64,000 nucleotides of DNA from Octopus sinensis (lineage: Eukaryota). The stretch is taken from contig NC_043012.1 of assembly GCF_006345805.1 (NCBI RefSeq), positions 40,982,001 through 41,046,000 of the forward strand, given 5' to 3'. This document shows positions 23,696 through 36,999 of this stretch, piece by piece. The notes under the pieces are model-generated. The model was not told where the DNA came from. It ran no database searches and saw nothing but the letters and a program-made list of their open reading frames with translations. The translations under genes were made by a program, and so were the position numbers. Numbering within the stretch: position 1 is the stretch's first letter; every line of letters begins with the position of its first letter.

Positions 23696-24009
23696 GTCTA
23701 CACTCTAATTTTGTTTACGAAACTACTTACCTTCTGACAAATGTGTTTATATATGCAATTCCGCATGGAATTTTATCCTATAATATGAATCACACTGACT
23801 GAAACACTACCGTAGTTTAATAAAAATGTCGACATTTTAATTTCCAATAATCAAATTATTCAAAAATTAATAATTAAAGATAAATTAACAGTAGACGTTA
23901 AAAATCATTTTCTCCTACCTGCAATTCTAATATGTCAAAATGGCGTCTGTAATTCTATAATTTTAATAATTCCGCGAGAATTATTAAACAATTACATTCC
24001 AATGGTTTA

Positions 24010-24385
24010 AGTGTGGCTGCATGGTTAAGAAGCTCGTATCGCAACACAGTGGTTTCGGGTTCAATAGTGCTACTGCAGCATACCTTGGGCATGTGCCTTC
24101 AACTATAACACTGGCTGACTAAAGCCTTGTGAGTGGATCTGGTAGATGGAAACTGAAAGAAGCCTACTGCGTGTGTACGTGTGCGTGCGTGTGTGTGTGT
24201 GTGTGAGCGTTTGTCCACACCATTTGCTTGACAATTTGTGTTGGTTTGTTTACGCAACAAAGACCGACAAAGTAAGTACCAAACTTACTAAAAAATGTGC
24301 TGGGGTTGATTTCTTTGATTAAAGTCATTTCAAGGCTGTCTTCCAGCATGGCCGTAGCCCAGGACTGAAACAAGCAAAAGATGGA
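24010..24385 (+). mobile_element. Family B SINE, diverged
   Basis: gtggctgcatggttaagaagc..accttgggc..aaagccttgtgagtggatctggtag..cagcatggccg..gactgaaacaag. Confidence 0.7.
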
Positions 24386-24513
24386 GATGAAAGATCCTGT
24401 AAAAACCTTAAAATGTAATACGTCATTAGTAAAGCCGACATCGGTTCATATGTAGGACCTCCATTAATGATCAGGTCAGCACTGCTTCATTATCTGATGA
24501 TTGTACTGCCATA

Positions 24514-24730
24514 TTGGTTTCAAATTTTGCCGCAAGGGCAGCAATTTCATGGAGGGGGTACGTCGATTATATTGACCCCAGTGTTTAACTGTTACTTATT
24601 TTATCGAACCCGAAGTGATGAAAGACAAAGTCGACCTCGGTGGAATTTGAACTCAGAACGTAAAGACAGATGAAATACCGCCGACCACTTTTTACCCACC
24701 GTGTCAACGATTCTGCCAGCTTACCACCTT
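24514..24730 (-). mobile_element. Family A SINE
   Basis: aaagtcgacctcggtggaatttgaactcagaacgtaaagac..gattctgccagcttaccacctt. Confidence 0.8.
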
Positions 24731-25099
24731 GAGGTATTGCCATTACTAATGTGATGCCATGAAATCTGGCATAAGTCTTGTCAGCTGATGAAACCGGAAA
24801 TAACTACAAGTATGAGGAAGATTGCATGTTAAATATATTTCCTTAGTGAATCTTACACAACGAATGGTGAAGGATAACATTGTTCGGTTAAAGGTTTTAT
24901 ACAAACCAATCATTACTTTGCTGAATTGGTTTCTTTATTGATGGCGTCGGTGGCAGCAAAGCGCAAGACAAACAGTTGAAGAATCTTCGGTTATAAAAAG
25001 CCCTAAAGAACCGGTTTTTTCTTGTCTGTCTTTGCTGTTTGCACTCTTCATTGATTTACATCGACGAAATACGCATGCATACATAATATCCATCCATCG

Positions 25100-25100
<1 letters not shown>

Positions 25101-25184
<84 letters not shown>

Positions 25185-25225
25185 CCTACCTACCTACCTA
25201 CCTACCTACCTACCTACCTACCTAC

Positions 25226-25266
<41 letters not shown>

Positions 25267-25332
25267 CATCCGTCCGTCCGCCCGTCCGTCCGTCCATCCG
25301 TCCGTCCGTCCGTCTGTCTGTCTGTCTGTCTG
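25101..25332. repeat. Graded tetranucleotide array TATC>TACC>TGTC>TCCG>TGTC
   Basis: Read directly. Similar arrays occur at 27436-27720 and 30705-30858. Confidence 0.9.
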
Positions 25333-25984
25333 TGGTCTGTATTGGGGCAAGTCCCGTGCTTTCTGTTCGAAAAGTTGGGCTCTTACTTTCTCCTGCCGTT
25401 AACTATATTACTGGAACTTGACGTTGAGTGAATACTGGATTGGTTTCTCGTTGCCGTCTCCGGGTATAATATACACACTTAGCATTAATATACACGAAAC
25501 TCTGAGTAATGTAATTCGAGAGTGATTCCATATTTTGTTAACAATATTCATCTCGCTTTTCAAATAAAGAATGCTGAGCTTAGGTTTTGTGACACCTGCT
25601 CAAGCACAAACACACATCTGCATATACATATACATACACATATACACACGTTCACACAAACACACACTCATAAACACAGACACATATACAAGCACAAACA
25701 TAATCTTGGCACGTGCATGTATATATAAGTAAATATGTGTAATTAAATTTCATAATAACTTTTTAAATTATTATTTTAATATCGGATCATTATTAAAAAT
25801 CATCAATATTATCTATATACTAGATGGTGCTCCAGCATGGCCGCAGTCAAATTATTGAAACAGGTAAAAGAGAAAAAGAATTCATATGATACTAAGTATA
25901 TGTTCTTTGACACAAATAATATTGTATGATTCAGCGTGATAAAACTGCCCTTTGGAATACAGGTACAAGAGAAACAGAAAGTTG

Positions 25985-26150
25985 TAGTGAAAGAGTATAG
26001 CTGGGTTCGCCACCACCCACTGTCGGAGCCTTGTGGAGCTGTAGGTGTTTTCGCTCAATAAACACTCACAACGGCCGGTATGGTAATCGAAACCGCGATC
26101 CTACGACTGCAGGTCCGCTGCTTTAAGCACTGGTCCATTGCGCCTCCACA
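25985..26150 (-). mobile_element. Family C SINE, 5' part
   Basis: Reverse complement tgtggaggcgcaatgg.ccagtg..gcagtcgtaggatcgcggtttcgatt..gaaaacaccta matches 16481-16640. Confidence 0.75.
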
Positions 26151-27435
26151 TAGATATTAGTATATATTTGTGTTATATATTAAAAGGATTAAGCAAATAA
26201 AAAATTAACATTATAAAATAGCAAAGCTTTTTTTTTTATGCTAATTTTACTTTGAAAACTAAAATAATCTTCCTACTGATTGAGAGAATTTTAAAATTGA
26301 TTGACACGGAATCGCAACACAAAACCGCTTTTCACCATTAAATATTTCACGTCGTCGCTGTTTCGTCTTTCATCTGGTTCTTATTCATCAGTGTTCACAT
26401 AAATCAATTAAAAATCTTTGATCATCTCTCTTACTAATGGATTAGACAGTAAATACGTGTACACTTAGCTCCTACCTGTCAGTATGAACACCTGTGTGCG
26501 CAAAGATTATTTAAGTAGCAGCAGCAATGCTACCTCTGTCAATATTTCTGATGAACATCTGGATTTGGCATTGATTATTCTGTTCACAGCCTGTAGATGA
26601 AGAAGTGACACGGTTTCAGTCCCACGTCAAGTTTTCGATTTAACGTCTATCACTAAAATAATTCAGATTATTTTTAGGTTTTAAAAATACATGAGGATTC
26701 GAATAATATTTCAGTCCAGAGATCCTGGTAACATCCTCCATTTCTTCTCTACATTCTCCAGGCTCATCTTCAATATTGGTACCCATTATGGACGTCCTAT
26801 ACTAAACAAAACATTTTGTGAAATGTAGTACTCAGATTTCGATCATCAATAGATAAATAAATAAATATATAAATAAATAAATAAATGGCATGAAAAACCT
26901 CGACAATTGGATTTGACTCAAAAAAGCTCAAACTTCATTCTCTCTTACGTTATTGTGAATGCTGGATTAATTGTACAGCGGAAAATATGCCAGTGTCCAA
27001 GCGATGCTAATATGAAGTTAAAAAGTTACCCGACGCTCGATCCCATATCCAAACGTTCTCTACGGAATCAATTGCATCCTATACTAAAGATTGCGAGCCA
27101 ACTGTTTTTTCACCTCAGTCAGTCCTGTTCCATTCAAAATTATTCCGAGAGAAATCAATGAGAACGAATACATACTGTTTAAACGTTGCGTGGCGGGTGA
27201 AACCTGGTGTTAAAGCTCAATATTTATATACGTCAGAGTAAAGCATTCGACGATTGCAGAGTATAATATGAAATTAAATACAGGACAAAGGAACAACAAA
27301 TTATGTAACGAACTCAGTTGTTTCTGCAATAAGAGGCAATGCATTCATAGTTGCATGTTTGTACGTCACCCGGCAACGGAAACAGCTGTAAGCTAATGCA
27401 ATTCATCGCCTAATTTCATATTATTTATTTAATTT

Positions 27436-27483
<48 letters not shown>

Positions 27484-27484
27484 A

Positions 27485-27530
<46 letters not shown>

Positions 27531-27608
27531 GTCTGTCTGTCTGTCTGTCTGCCTGCCTGTCTCTCTATCTGTCTGTCCGTCTGTCCGTCTTTCTATCCGT
27601 CCGTCTGT

Positions 27609-27688
<80 letters not shown>

Positions 27689-28214
27689 ATATATATCTGT
27701 CTGTATGCCTGTCTGTCTGTCTGGCCTTGCGTTCGTCTATCTGTCAGTCTCTCTGTCTCTCATCAGTCTATCTATCTATATGCATGTATGTGTAAGTTTG
27801 TATGTGTGTGTGCGTATGTGTGTATGCAAATGTGTGTGTATGTTTGTATGTATGTGTATATATGTGTGTGTGCTTGTGTGCGTGTGTGTAACGGAACAAA
27901 AGCATAAACGGGTAGTCGATAGGTACCCAGTTTACAGCGTGTTGATAGTTCTGTAACTTGTTGAAAAGAAATGCGGATTTACATAAACGACTCTACAGAA
28001 GAAGTCAGGGAAGATTCTGGTATGTGAAAAGTTCATAGCAGTTCAGATATGGACAGGTAAGTTCCAGAAGGAGTCAAAGGTCCATAGTCTCGTAGTATTA
28101 TTTTCCATTTTCCCGGGAATGAAATTTCTCTTTACATATTGGAAGAAAAAAGCAAAATGTGTTGCATAGAAATTTTTGTAATAAAGAAAGAAATCAAACT
28201 TGGAGTGTGTGTGT

Positions 28215-28270
<56 letters not shown>

Positions 28271-28751
28271 GGGGAGTGAGAGGGAGAGAGAGAGAGAACA
28301 TTGCACACAATAAATGAGGTAGACATGGAATGGAAAAAAATCGTATAACTAAAAGCACGTTGAAAAGGCATCTTATACCGAATATTTAAATTTGTGAACT
28401 TCGTAAATATTTCTTCCCGTAATTTCTCGTAGTTGTTTACAAATAACGAATCAAAACTTGAAATGAAAACATTAAAATTAGACGCTGACAGATTTCGCCG
28501 TTTTTACGTCAATACCTGAAGTTGACATTCAGAAACCTTTTTAAAAGATGTGAATCATAAATATAAAGAAATGTCTTTTTATTTTAATAAAAAATTCGAA
28601 TGAAGAGCTTATGATGTGTCCGAGGAGGAATTATTCATGCATCACAAGTATGAAAGCAATTAGTGAAACCTTTTTCGCGTGAAAAGTGAATACACACACA
28701 TCTCTATTTAATATATTATTAGATTAGATTAGATTATATATGTAGTATATA

Positions 28752-28980
28752 TGGAGGCACGTGGCTTAGTGGTTTTGATGTCAGCACCATGATCGTAAGA
28801 TTGTGGTTTCGATTCCTGGACCGAGCGAAACACTTCATTTCAGGTTGCTCCAGTCCACTCAGCTGGCAAAAATTAGTAACGCTGCGATGGACTGGCGTCC
28901 CGTCCAGCTGGGGAACACATACGCCAAAGAAACCGGGAAACTGGTCGCATGAGCCTGGCTAGGCGTTAAAAGGGCGCATT
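28752..28980 (+). mobile_element. tRNA-derived SINE, family D, with a V-domain-like core
   Basis: Head gtggcttagtggtt..ggtttcgattcctgg; box ttgctccagtccactcagctg; motif gcgatggactggcgtcccgtccag (28884-28907) resembles the recalled V-SINE core. Confidence 0.65.
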
Positions 28981-29041
28981 TATTTATATTATTATTTATA
29001 CAGTATATATTATTAAATATGTATTATTATTATTATTAGAT

Positions 29042-29199
29042 AGGCGCAGGAGTGGTTGTGTGGTAAGTAGCTTGCTAACTAGCCACATGATTCCGGGTTC
29101 AGTCCCACTGCGGGGGCAAGTGTCTTCTGCTATAGCCCTGGGCAGACCAATGCTTTGTGAGTGGATTTGGTAGACGGAAACTGAAAGAAGCCTGTCGTA

Positions 29200-29238
<39 letters not shown>

Positions 29239-29455
29239 TGTTGTGTCTGTGTGTCTGTGTTTGTCCTCCTAGCATTGCTTGACAACCGATGCTGGTGTGT
29301 TTACGTCCCCGTCACTTAGCGTTTCGGCAAAAGAGACCGATAGAATAAGTACTGGGCTTACAAAGAATAAGTCCCGGGGTCGATTTGCTCGACTAAAGGC
29401 GGTGCTCCAGCATGGCCGCAGTCAAATGACTGAAACAAGTAAAAGAGTAAAAGAG
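29042..29455 (+). mobile_element. Family B SINE, near full length, used as window reference
   Basis: aggcgcaggagtggttgtgtggtaag..ccgggttcagtccc (tRNA-like), internal (TA)/(TG) tract, tail ggccgcagtcaaatgactgaaacaagtaaaagagtaaaagag. Confidence 0.85.
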
Positions 29456-30087
29456 ATATATTGTACAATATAGTATGTCATATATATTATAGAAGCCTAT
29501 TTGAAATTAAGGAAACGCGTCGTAAGTAAAATATGCAACGTACTAAAATTTATTGTGTCAAAATATTGTTACATTGTGAGAATCTGTGCTGAGCAACAGA
29601 AGACAAAACTAAAAGATTGTTAATCATTTAACCCGAATATATTAAGTTGAAAATAGATTTACGTATTCATGAATATTTACATGTTCAGAATTTTAAAATT
29701 AATTCTTCAAATCTAGTAGGATAAAAATAATTATCAAGTATTTATCTATAAAACAAATGCAATTAGAAAGTTAGTCAATTTTACACCATAAATGCAAGCA
29801 GGAGTTTTGAATGGTATTTCCGGGAGAGAAAAATCGTTTACGGATAAATATTCACAGAAGGTAGTTTTATTCGTAAATTTCAGGAAGTAAGCGGATATTA
29901 CACTGAACACATCAAAGTTGATTATTTTAACCGATAAAAAATAATGTTTTGAATAAATTTTACATAAAAGTTACCAAAGTAAAATTCGTCATATCACGTG
30001 GGAGAATCTATGTTGCTTCTTAACATCTATTTTTGGTCTCGAAAAAATCGCATGGCGTACTTAAATGCTTTGAAACACCAGACAAAA

Positions 30088-30220
30088 GGGAGGGAGAGAG
30101 GGAGAGAGCGAGAGAGGGAGAGAGAGAAAGAGAGAGAGAGAGAAAGAGAGAGAGAGGGAGAGAGGGAGAGAGGGAGAGAGAGAGAGGAAGAGAGAGAGAG
30201 AGAGAAAGAAAGAGAGAGAA

Positions 30221-30273
<53 letters not shown>

Positions 30274-30297
30274 AAGAGAGAGAGGGAGAGAAAGAGG

Positions 30298-30330
<33 letters not shown>
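30088..30330. repeat. (GA)n-rich polypurine tract
   Basis: Read directly; explains the poly-RE/LS ORFs. Confidence 0.95.
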
Positions 30331-30335
<5 letters not shown>

Positions 30336-30727
30336 CGATCTCATTATACACTCTGTCATTCTTTCACTAATGAACCGTGTTTGCAGAATGGTTAACCAAA
30401 TGTTTCTACAGAGGCCATAATGTCAAAGAACTCGTCAGTTGGAATCAATTAACACCTATTTGTATCACTTGCCAGGTATACACATTTATTTAGCTGCAGC
30501 TAATTGCGTTCGATTTCATATTGGCAGGAAGTTGTGAGAAAGTCTTCAATGTACCTGCTGTCATCACCGCTTGATCTTTTACTAATTAGTAGCATAATAT
30601 ATGATATACCCTGTTAAGTGTACGGGTAGTTACGTATGTATGTTTATTGGTAAGTAGGTGTGTACGTATGCTTGCATTGACGTAAGTGTTTATGCATGTA
30701 TGTATCTATCCATCCATCCATCCATCC

Positions 30728-30777
<50 letters not shown>

Positions 30778-30924
30778 GTATCTGTCTGTCTGTCTGTCTG
30801 CCTGTCTGTCCGTACGTCTATCTATCTATCTATCTATCCATCTATCCATCTATCTATCTCAAAAAATATACATACATACACACACACACACATATATACA
30901 CACATACAACACACACACACACAC

Positions 30925-30974
<50 letters not shown>

Positions 30975-30978
<4 letters not shown>

Positions 30979-31140
30979 CAGCAGGCTTCTTTTAGTTTCT
31001 GTCTACCAAGTCTAATCGCAAAGATTTGATCGGGCTGAGGATAAAGGATAAGATACTTGCCCAATGTGACATGCAGTAAAACGGAACCGGAACCCACGTT
31101 GTTGGAAGCAAACTTCTTACCACACAGTCATATACATATA
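30975..31140 (-). mobile_element. Family B SINE, 5' half
   Basis: ggcttcttttagtttctgtctaccaa..cttgcccaa..gaaccggaacc..cttaccacacagtc. Confidence 0.65.
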
Positions 31141-34088
31141 TGTGTGCATGTGTGTGTATGTGTGTGTATGTATAAACATGCACACATGCGCGTGCACGCA
31201 CGTACAAAACACAACCACACGCACGCACACACACACACACACACACACACAACACAAACACACATACAAATGGGCCAAACAAGTATTGCTGGGTCGGACA
31301 TCCCCTAAATTAGCCGCCAAAACACGTTGAAATCTTTTCCTCCTGTGTTAATATGTCAGATTAGATATGTGCTTCGTTTTTCTGCGCACAAGAAAAAGGT
31401 GTGATTGTCATGGGCGGAATACATTTCATCCCAAGTCTGCTAAATCATGGTTGACGTGGCGTGAAACAAGCCCTGAATATTTAACATAGTCTGTTTAATT
31501 AAATAAGCTCACCTAAATCGCAAGGGCATTCTTTTCTCGCCGATATCGTTAATAGAGTTTTCAAACGCTGACGTCAAGACAAAATTGGGACGATTTAATG
31601 AGTTTTGTATTTTTCTTCCTTTATTACTGTTGCTACAGTATCAATTGATCTTGCTCGCAAAATCGATGACGGTTATGGCTGAATCGTTAGAGCGTCGGGG
31701 AAAATGTCTTCTCCGTATTTGTCTCAATGTGTCGCCGTTTGTGTTGAAATGCAGTCATGGTTAACTTTGTCATTTTATCATTATACGGGGTCGATAAGTA
31801 AAGTAGCACTCATATACTGGGTGCTGATATTCTTAAATTAGAAATTATAATTAATTCTCACCACTGACATTTTCTCAGCGGCCAGATTTGTTACGACTGA
31901 AGTTGGAAATATTCTCCATTCGTGATATTTCTGCCCTTTAACACTATTGTCTTTGGTTAAGCATATCCCATTAACCTGGTAGCAAAAGTTATCAGCAAAA
32001 AGGGGACCGATTAAAGTGACGACGAATTGTTGATTCGGGGTTAGAATTCAGGGCAGCAGTTAAATAAATATTTTAGAACAGTATTATAGAAACGCTTTCG
32101 GTTGGTCAGAGAATCACATAGAGTATGATTGTATTACAGCCATGGTGAGAAGTTTGGAGAGTCGGTGGGGAGAAAGAAGTATAGTTGAAGTAATCAGGGC
32201 CTGATTTTGATTGTGATGTAACAAAAGAGGGGCGAAGTAGGTCTATGGAGGTAGATATGAGAAGTCCTTTGGGTAACTACAATTGGTTGCGAGAAAAAGT
32301 AGTTATTGCATGATGGAGATGAATTATGGTAATTGAAGGAAGTGGAGAAAGTAGGTTGGAGAGAATAGTTTTTATAGTAAAGTGTGTAGCCCTTGGCGAA
32401 CCTCACTTAGAAGAATAGGGAGAACCTTTTTTATAGCAGTACGTGCACCAGGCCACTACAAAGCCATCTTTGTCAGTCGTCTTACTTGTACTGCACTTTC
32501 AGTTATAAGGAAATGTCATGACAACACAAAATCGGAGCCAGTACAATGTAACTTTCAATGAATGTTTAAGTATAAGGAAGACAAAAAATGAACATAAGAA
32601 AACAAATAAATAAAACTTAAATTCTTATTTTTAAAATTTAAAGGTAAAAGAAAGACATAACAAATAATTAATCTTGACATGAATCTGCAAAATGCAAAAT
32701 GTTTGGGTAAAAATGAGAAAAGAAATGAAGAAAACGGATAAAGGAATTAAGAGAAAGTTTTACGAAATATAAAGAAAATGGAAGAAAAGAATTAATCAAA
32801 ATGCTTTGAACGAAGAAACACTTTAAATATTGCAATAAAAATTTTAACAATTACAGTGACGTCAACGTTTCACTGTTTATTTCAATTTGTTTTTTCTTAT
32901 TTATCTTTTATAATGTACAACATGAATTTATAAAAAGATAAAACTTTAAACTTTCTTTTTATTCTAAATCACAACTGCTGATTCGGATCTATAGAGAGAA
33001 GTGATATGGAGAGACAGAAAAGAAAAAAAAGACCAATTTGCTAAAAAGGGCCTCGAAAAGTATACATAGAGAAAAAATAATCAATTATGACAAAAGACTT
33101 GCATCTAAGACTGAGAAAGGAGACGGAAGAATGTATATTTTCTAAGAACAGCACAGAATATATTCTTCGCTATAATTGGAAAGTAGTATTCAAGCAGATT
33201 GTAATTGTTTTTATTCCTCGTCACCATTCTTAGAAATGTTAAAGGAAAAAGAAAATGGTAAACATGAAAGTGTAATGAGAAGAGCCTAATATTAGGTTAG
33301 GAGAAAAAAAAATAATTGTACCATAAACGAGATTCAGCAAAGAAATATAGCACGTGATTACACAGTTAAATAAGTGCAAAATCTGTAGGCAAATATATGG
33401 TGGAATGTTATTTTGATATAAAGAGCAAATGAAATAACAACAGAATCTGTATTAAATTGGTAGTCGGAGACAAATTCTGAATAATTTCTTTTTATCACTT
33501 TTAGATGCAGAAACAAAATGGCGGTGCTTTTTCTATGTGTTACATTTTGGAATAACTACTGTACTTTAGTTGTTTTAAATTTTTTATTACACACGCAACT
33601 AGTTTTTTCAGCAATGCGCCATTTTCTCACTGCTGTCTCCGTTCCCTTCTTTCATATCGTATGCTGTTTGGTATAAATAGAACAATATTTCCAATTAAGA
33701 TGATTTCTTTACAGAATATAAAGGAATAGGCATGACCCTTTAATAGGGAGATATTTACTCTAATTTGTTTCAGTCACAGGTCTGCGGCCGTACTGGGGCA
33801 ATAGCTCGAACAGTTGTCGCTGATCACATCAACGCAGATTCTTACTTTTATAAAGTCTGGTATCTATTTTAGCGATCTTTGCTCTTTTAGTTGTTCCACA
33901 CGTTTACGGGACATAAATAGAAACCATTTTTTGAAGCGGTCTTAACTCAACAACGGGCATGAACGCAAACACCCACACAGTCGGACACACAGACTCACAG
34001 ATCTGTTCTAATTGCTCTGCGTTACCTCTGGATATCCTTGTTGCTTATTTTGATTATAAATATATATACACACTCACACACACACACA

Positions 34089-34153
<65 letters not shown>

Positions 34154-34190
34154 AATATATATACATACGCATGTGTGTGTATGTGTGTGA

Positions 34191-34232
<42 letters not shown>

Positions 34233-36477
34233 TGCAAAAACATTTAAAAAACACGAAGACGAGGTAGTTAAATAAACAGGTTTACGCCCAGAAAAAATAT
34301 TTAGGGAAGTGTTTTACAGACTCTTCTAGAGAAAGAATAGAAAAAAAAAAACTAAAGAGAGAAAAGTACAAAAATGCCTCAGTTAGACAGTTATCGCATG
34401 CTGAAATGACCGGAAGAGCAGGTCGCTAGTGGCGTGAATGATAAGGGAGACAACTATGAGATTTGAATCGGTAAGAGTGGCATGGGGGAAAATTGTGAAC
34501 CTGGAATATCTGTATGTGTGTATGAACAAGCGAGTAGTATTTATGAAGCTAATGTGTGCGTGTATATATCAAGTACGAGGGTAGATTTTTATCCAGGGTT
34601 ACCTCTTTCGAGATGAGCAATCGATACATAAAATTAGTTGTCGATGGCCATGGGGAAATATGTGAAAGATGTTTTCATTCTCAAAATTCTCTAAAGACAT
34701 TTTGAGTTTCTTTGGTAATTTTTATCAACATTTTTAGAACTCAACTGATTTGGTCCAGGAGAATGAAATGTGCGAATGATCCTGCACATAACCCATGTGC
34801 TCGCCAGATAACGCAAGTAAAAAGAGTATAAGTAGAATGCAGAAAATACAGAGAGAGAAGCAGATAAAAGGAAGAATTGCTAGAGTGAGTTGGATAGGGA
34901 AGTAGTTCCTGGTGAGGGGGGGGGTAACTGCTTGTGACGGGGTGTATATGGGTGTGAGACGGAAGACTGATTGGTTGCCATAGAAAGATGATTGAAACAA
35001 TGTCACTCGAGTATTTTTAACTCAACTACTGTAACTTCTAGAAAACTGAAGTGTGATCAACTTTAATAAATCTTCAGTTATTTTACGCCCCCGGATATTA
35101 AATCGTTTTTCTTCTAATATAATAAATACATAGTGGATTAACAAGATAATTTTAGAAATTTATTGAGGAAAAACGTTAAATGATTTTACGCATAAAGAGA
35201 GTATTATTTTATAAGAAAACAGATTAGTTATTTAAAGATTAAAATCAATGTACTCCAGCAATTTCTCTTATTTTGTTTTAAAACTTATACATATTTAATG
35301 CACACATTTTCCCCGTTTCTTAAATACAACTTTCAATATTGAATCCTGCTTTAATGGAAAAGCAAAGAAGAGAAACAGTTATTGGTATCTTTTAAAAATC
35401 TTTGACAGCAAATCACGGACAGTTATGATGTTATTTGACGTCTCCACACGATGATATTCACTTTAAGTTAGATTTAGAAAACAACCTCTGTATGAAGCAG
35501 CTTTTGTTTAGTTGCTGGTTGTCTGCAGGAAGAGTTAAGGCCCCTGACAGTTGCAGGCCGGTCTTAGTGAGTCAAATTGACATCAATAATGTTCTTCGTG
35601 AACATTCATAAGTCAACAGTTGCAGAAAAAAAACACGAACAGGAAGAGAACTTCAGAGAGAAGATACTTTGGGCAAAATGAGCTGGATTCAATGATTATT
35701 ACAGAGCCCAAGGGTTGAACGCAACAAAGGGATTGAGACGGAGAGGCATTTATATGAGACAAGAATGCTTAAATGGTGGGGACTTCAAGGAGTAGAAGCC
35801 ATTATAGTAGTAATAGAATAGTCAGAGAGAGGGGACACAACATGCACGTGGGCCAATAGGTGGTGTGTATCTGTAACTGATGGTATGCCAGTCAGCCAAG
35901 TGGCCCTTTACTGGATATAGTCTTGGAATGAATGAAGAAAATGGTAGCAACAGTAGCCCTGTGTCTGATGTGAGAATACTGGGGAGGAAATTAATGGCTG
36001 AAGTAACTACTGTCCCTGAATAGAAGAGTCAGTCGTATGAATGAACTCGTAGTTATGTAATAAATGAAAATGTGACAGTGTCCTTCAAGCGTTAACACCA
36101 TCTCCTTCAGTATTCACTCTTTATACATCAGCAAAATGGCGTCTCTCTTGCGATGGTGAAATGTTAGACGATTGAAGATAAAAAGTCTATGAAGGTTTGG
36201 AAAGAGTTTTATCTGCGAAAATAAGAATGCAAAATTATTTTGTTCAAGTGTACGACATATTCTTCAGCAGAATAGGAATTTAAGACGTAATAATGGCCAA
36301 TAATTAAATTTGTTATCCATTGATCAAACCTATATGTGTATACATAGGGTTGCATCGTGATTTAGTCTTCTTAGCTCCCTATTACTGCCGACGACACCCT
36401 CACTCTCAATATTGTCATCCGGGAGTGAGAATATGTGGATATATGCAAAACAAAACAAGAGCTAGGTGTCCTTGAAT

Positions 36478-36510
36478 TACTACTACTACTACTACTACTA
36501 CTACTACCAT

Positions 36511-36557
<47 letters not shown>

Positions 36558-36781
36558 ATTGTCGTAACAATATTCAGGCACAAGGCCTGAAATTTGTGGG
36601 GAGGGGCAAGTCGATTTCATCGACCTCGGTGCTCAGCTGTTACTTATTTCCTCAACCCCGAACGGGAGAAAGGCAGAGTCGACCTCGGCGTAATTTGAAC
36701 TGAGAATGGTATAAAACCTGACAAAATGCCGCCAAGCATTTTCTCTGAGCGTGCTTATGATTCCTCCAGGTTTCCGTTTTC

Positions 36782-36818
<37 letters not shown>

Positions 36819-36844
36819 TAATAATAATAATAATAATAATAATA

Positions 36845-36886
<42 letters not shown>

Positions 36887-36902
36887 CAACAATATTAATA
36901 AA

Positions 36903-36986
<84 letters not shown>

Positions 36987-36999
36987 GATAATAATAATA
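36478..36999. repeat. (TAC)n and (AAT)n tracts flanking a family A SINE (-, ~36570-36765)
   Basis: Tracts at 36478-36557 and 36782-36999; the SINE body gagtcgacctcggcgtaatttgaactgag lies between them. Confidence 0.85.

Noticed and set aside
26345-26395. CTGATGA..GAAAC on the minus strand
   Set aside because: The intervening 20 nt do not form stem II and there is no NUH in position.
31569-32864. CRE palindromes TGACGTCA at 31569 and 32857
   Set aside because: Isolated 8-mers, within chance expectation and without supporting context.
32140-36040. Purine-rich patches (32140-32440, 34780-35000, 35640-36040) that may be CR1/Jockey LINE 3' relics on the minus strand
   Set aside because: Only faint motifs (LPK, SSFIPR) amid stops; needs a BLASTX against Repbase to support.
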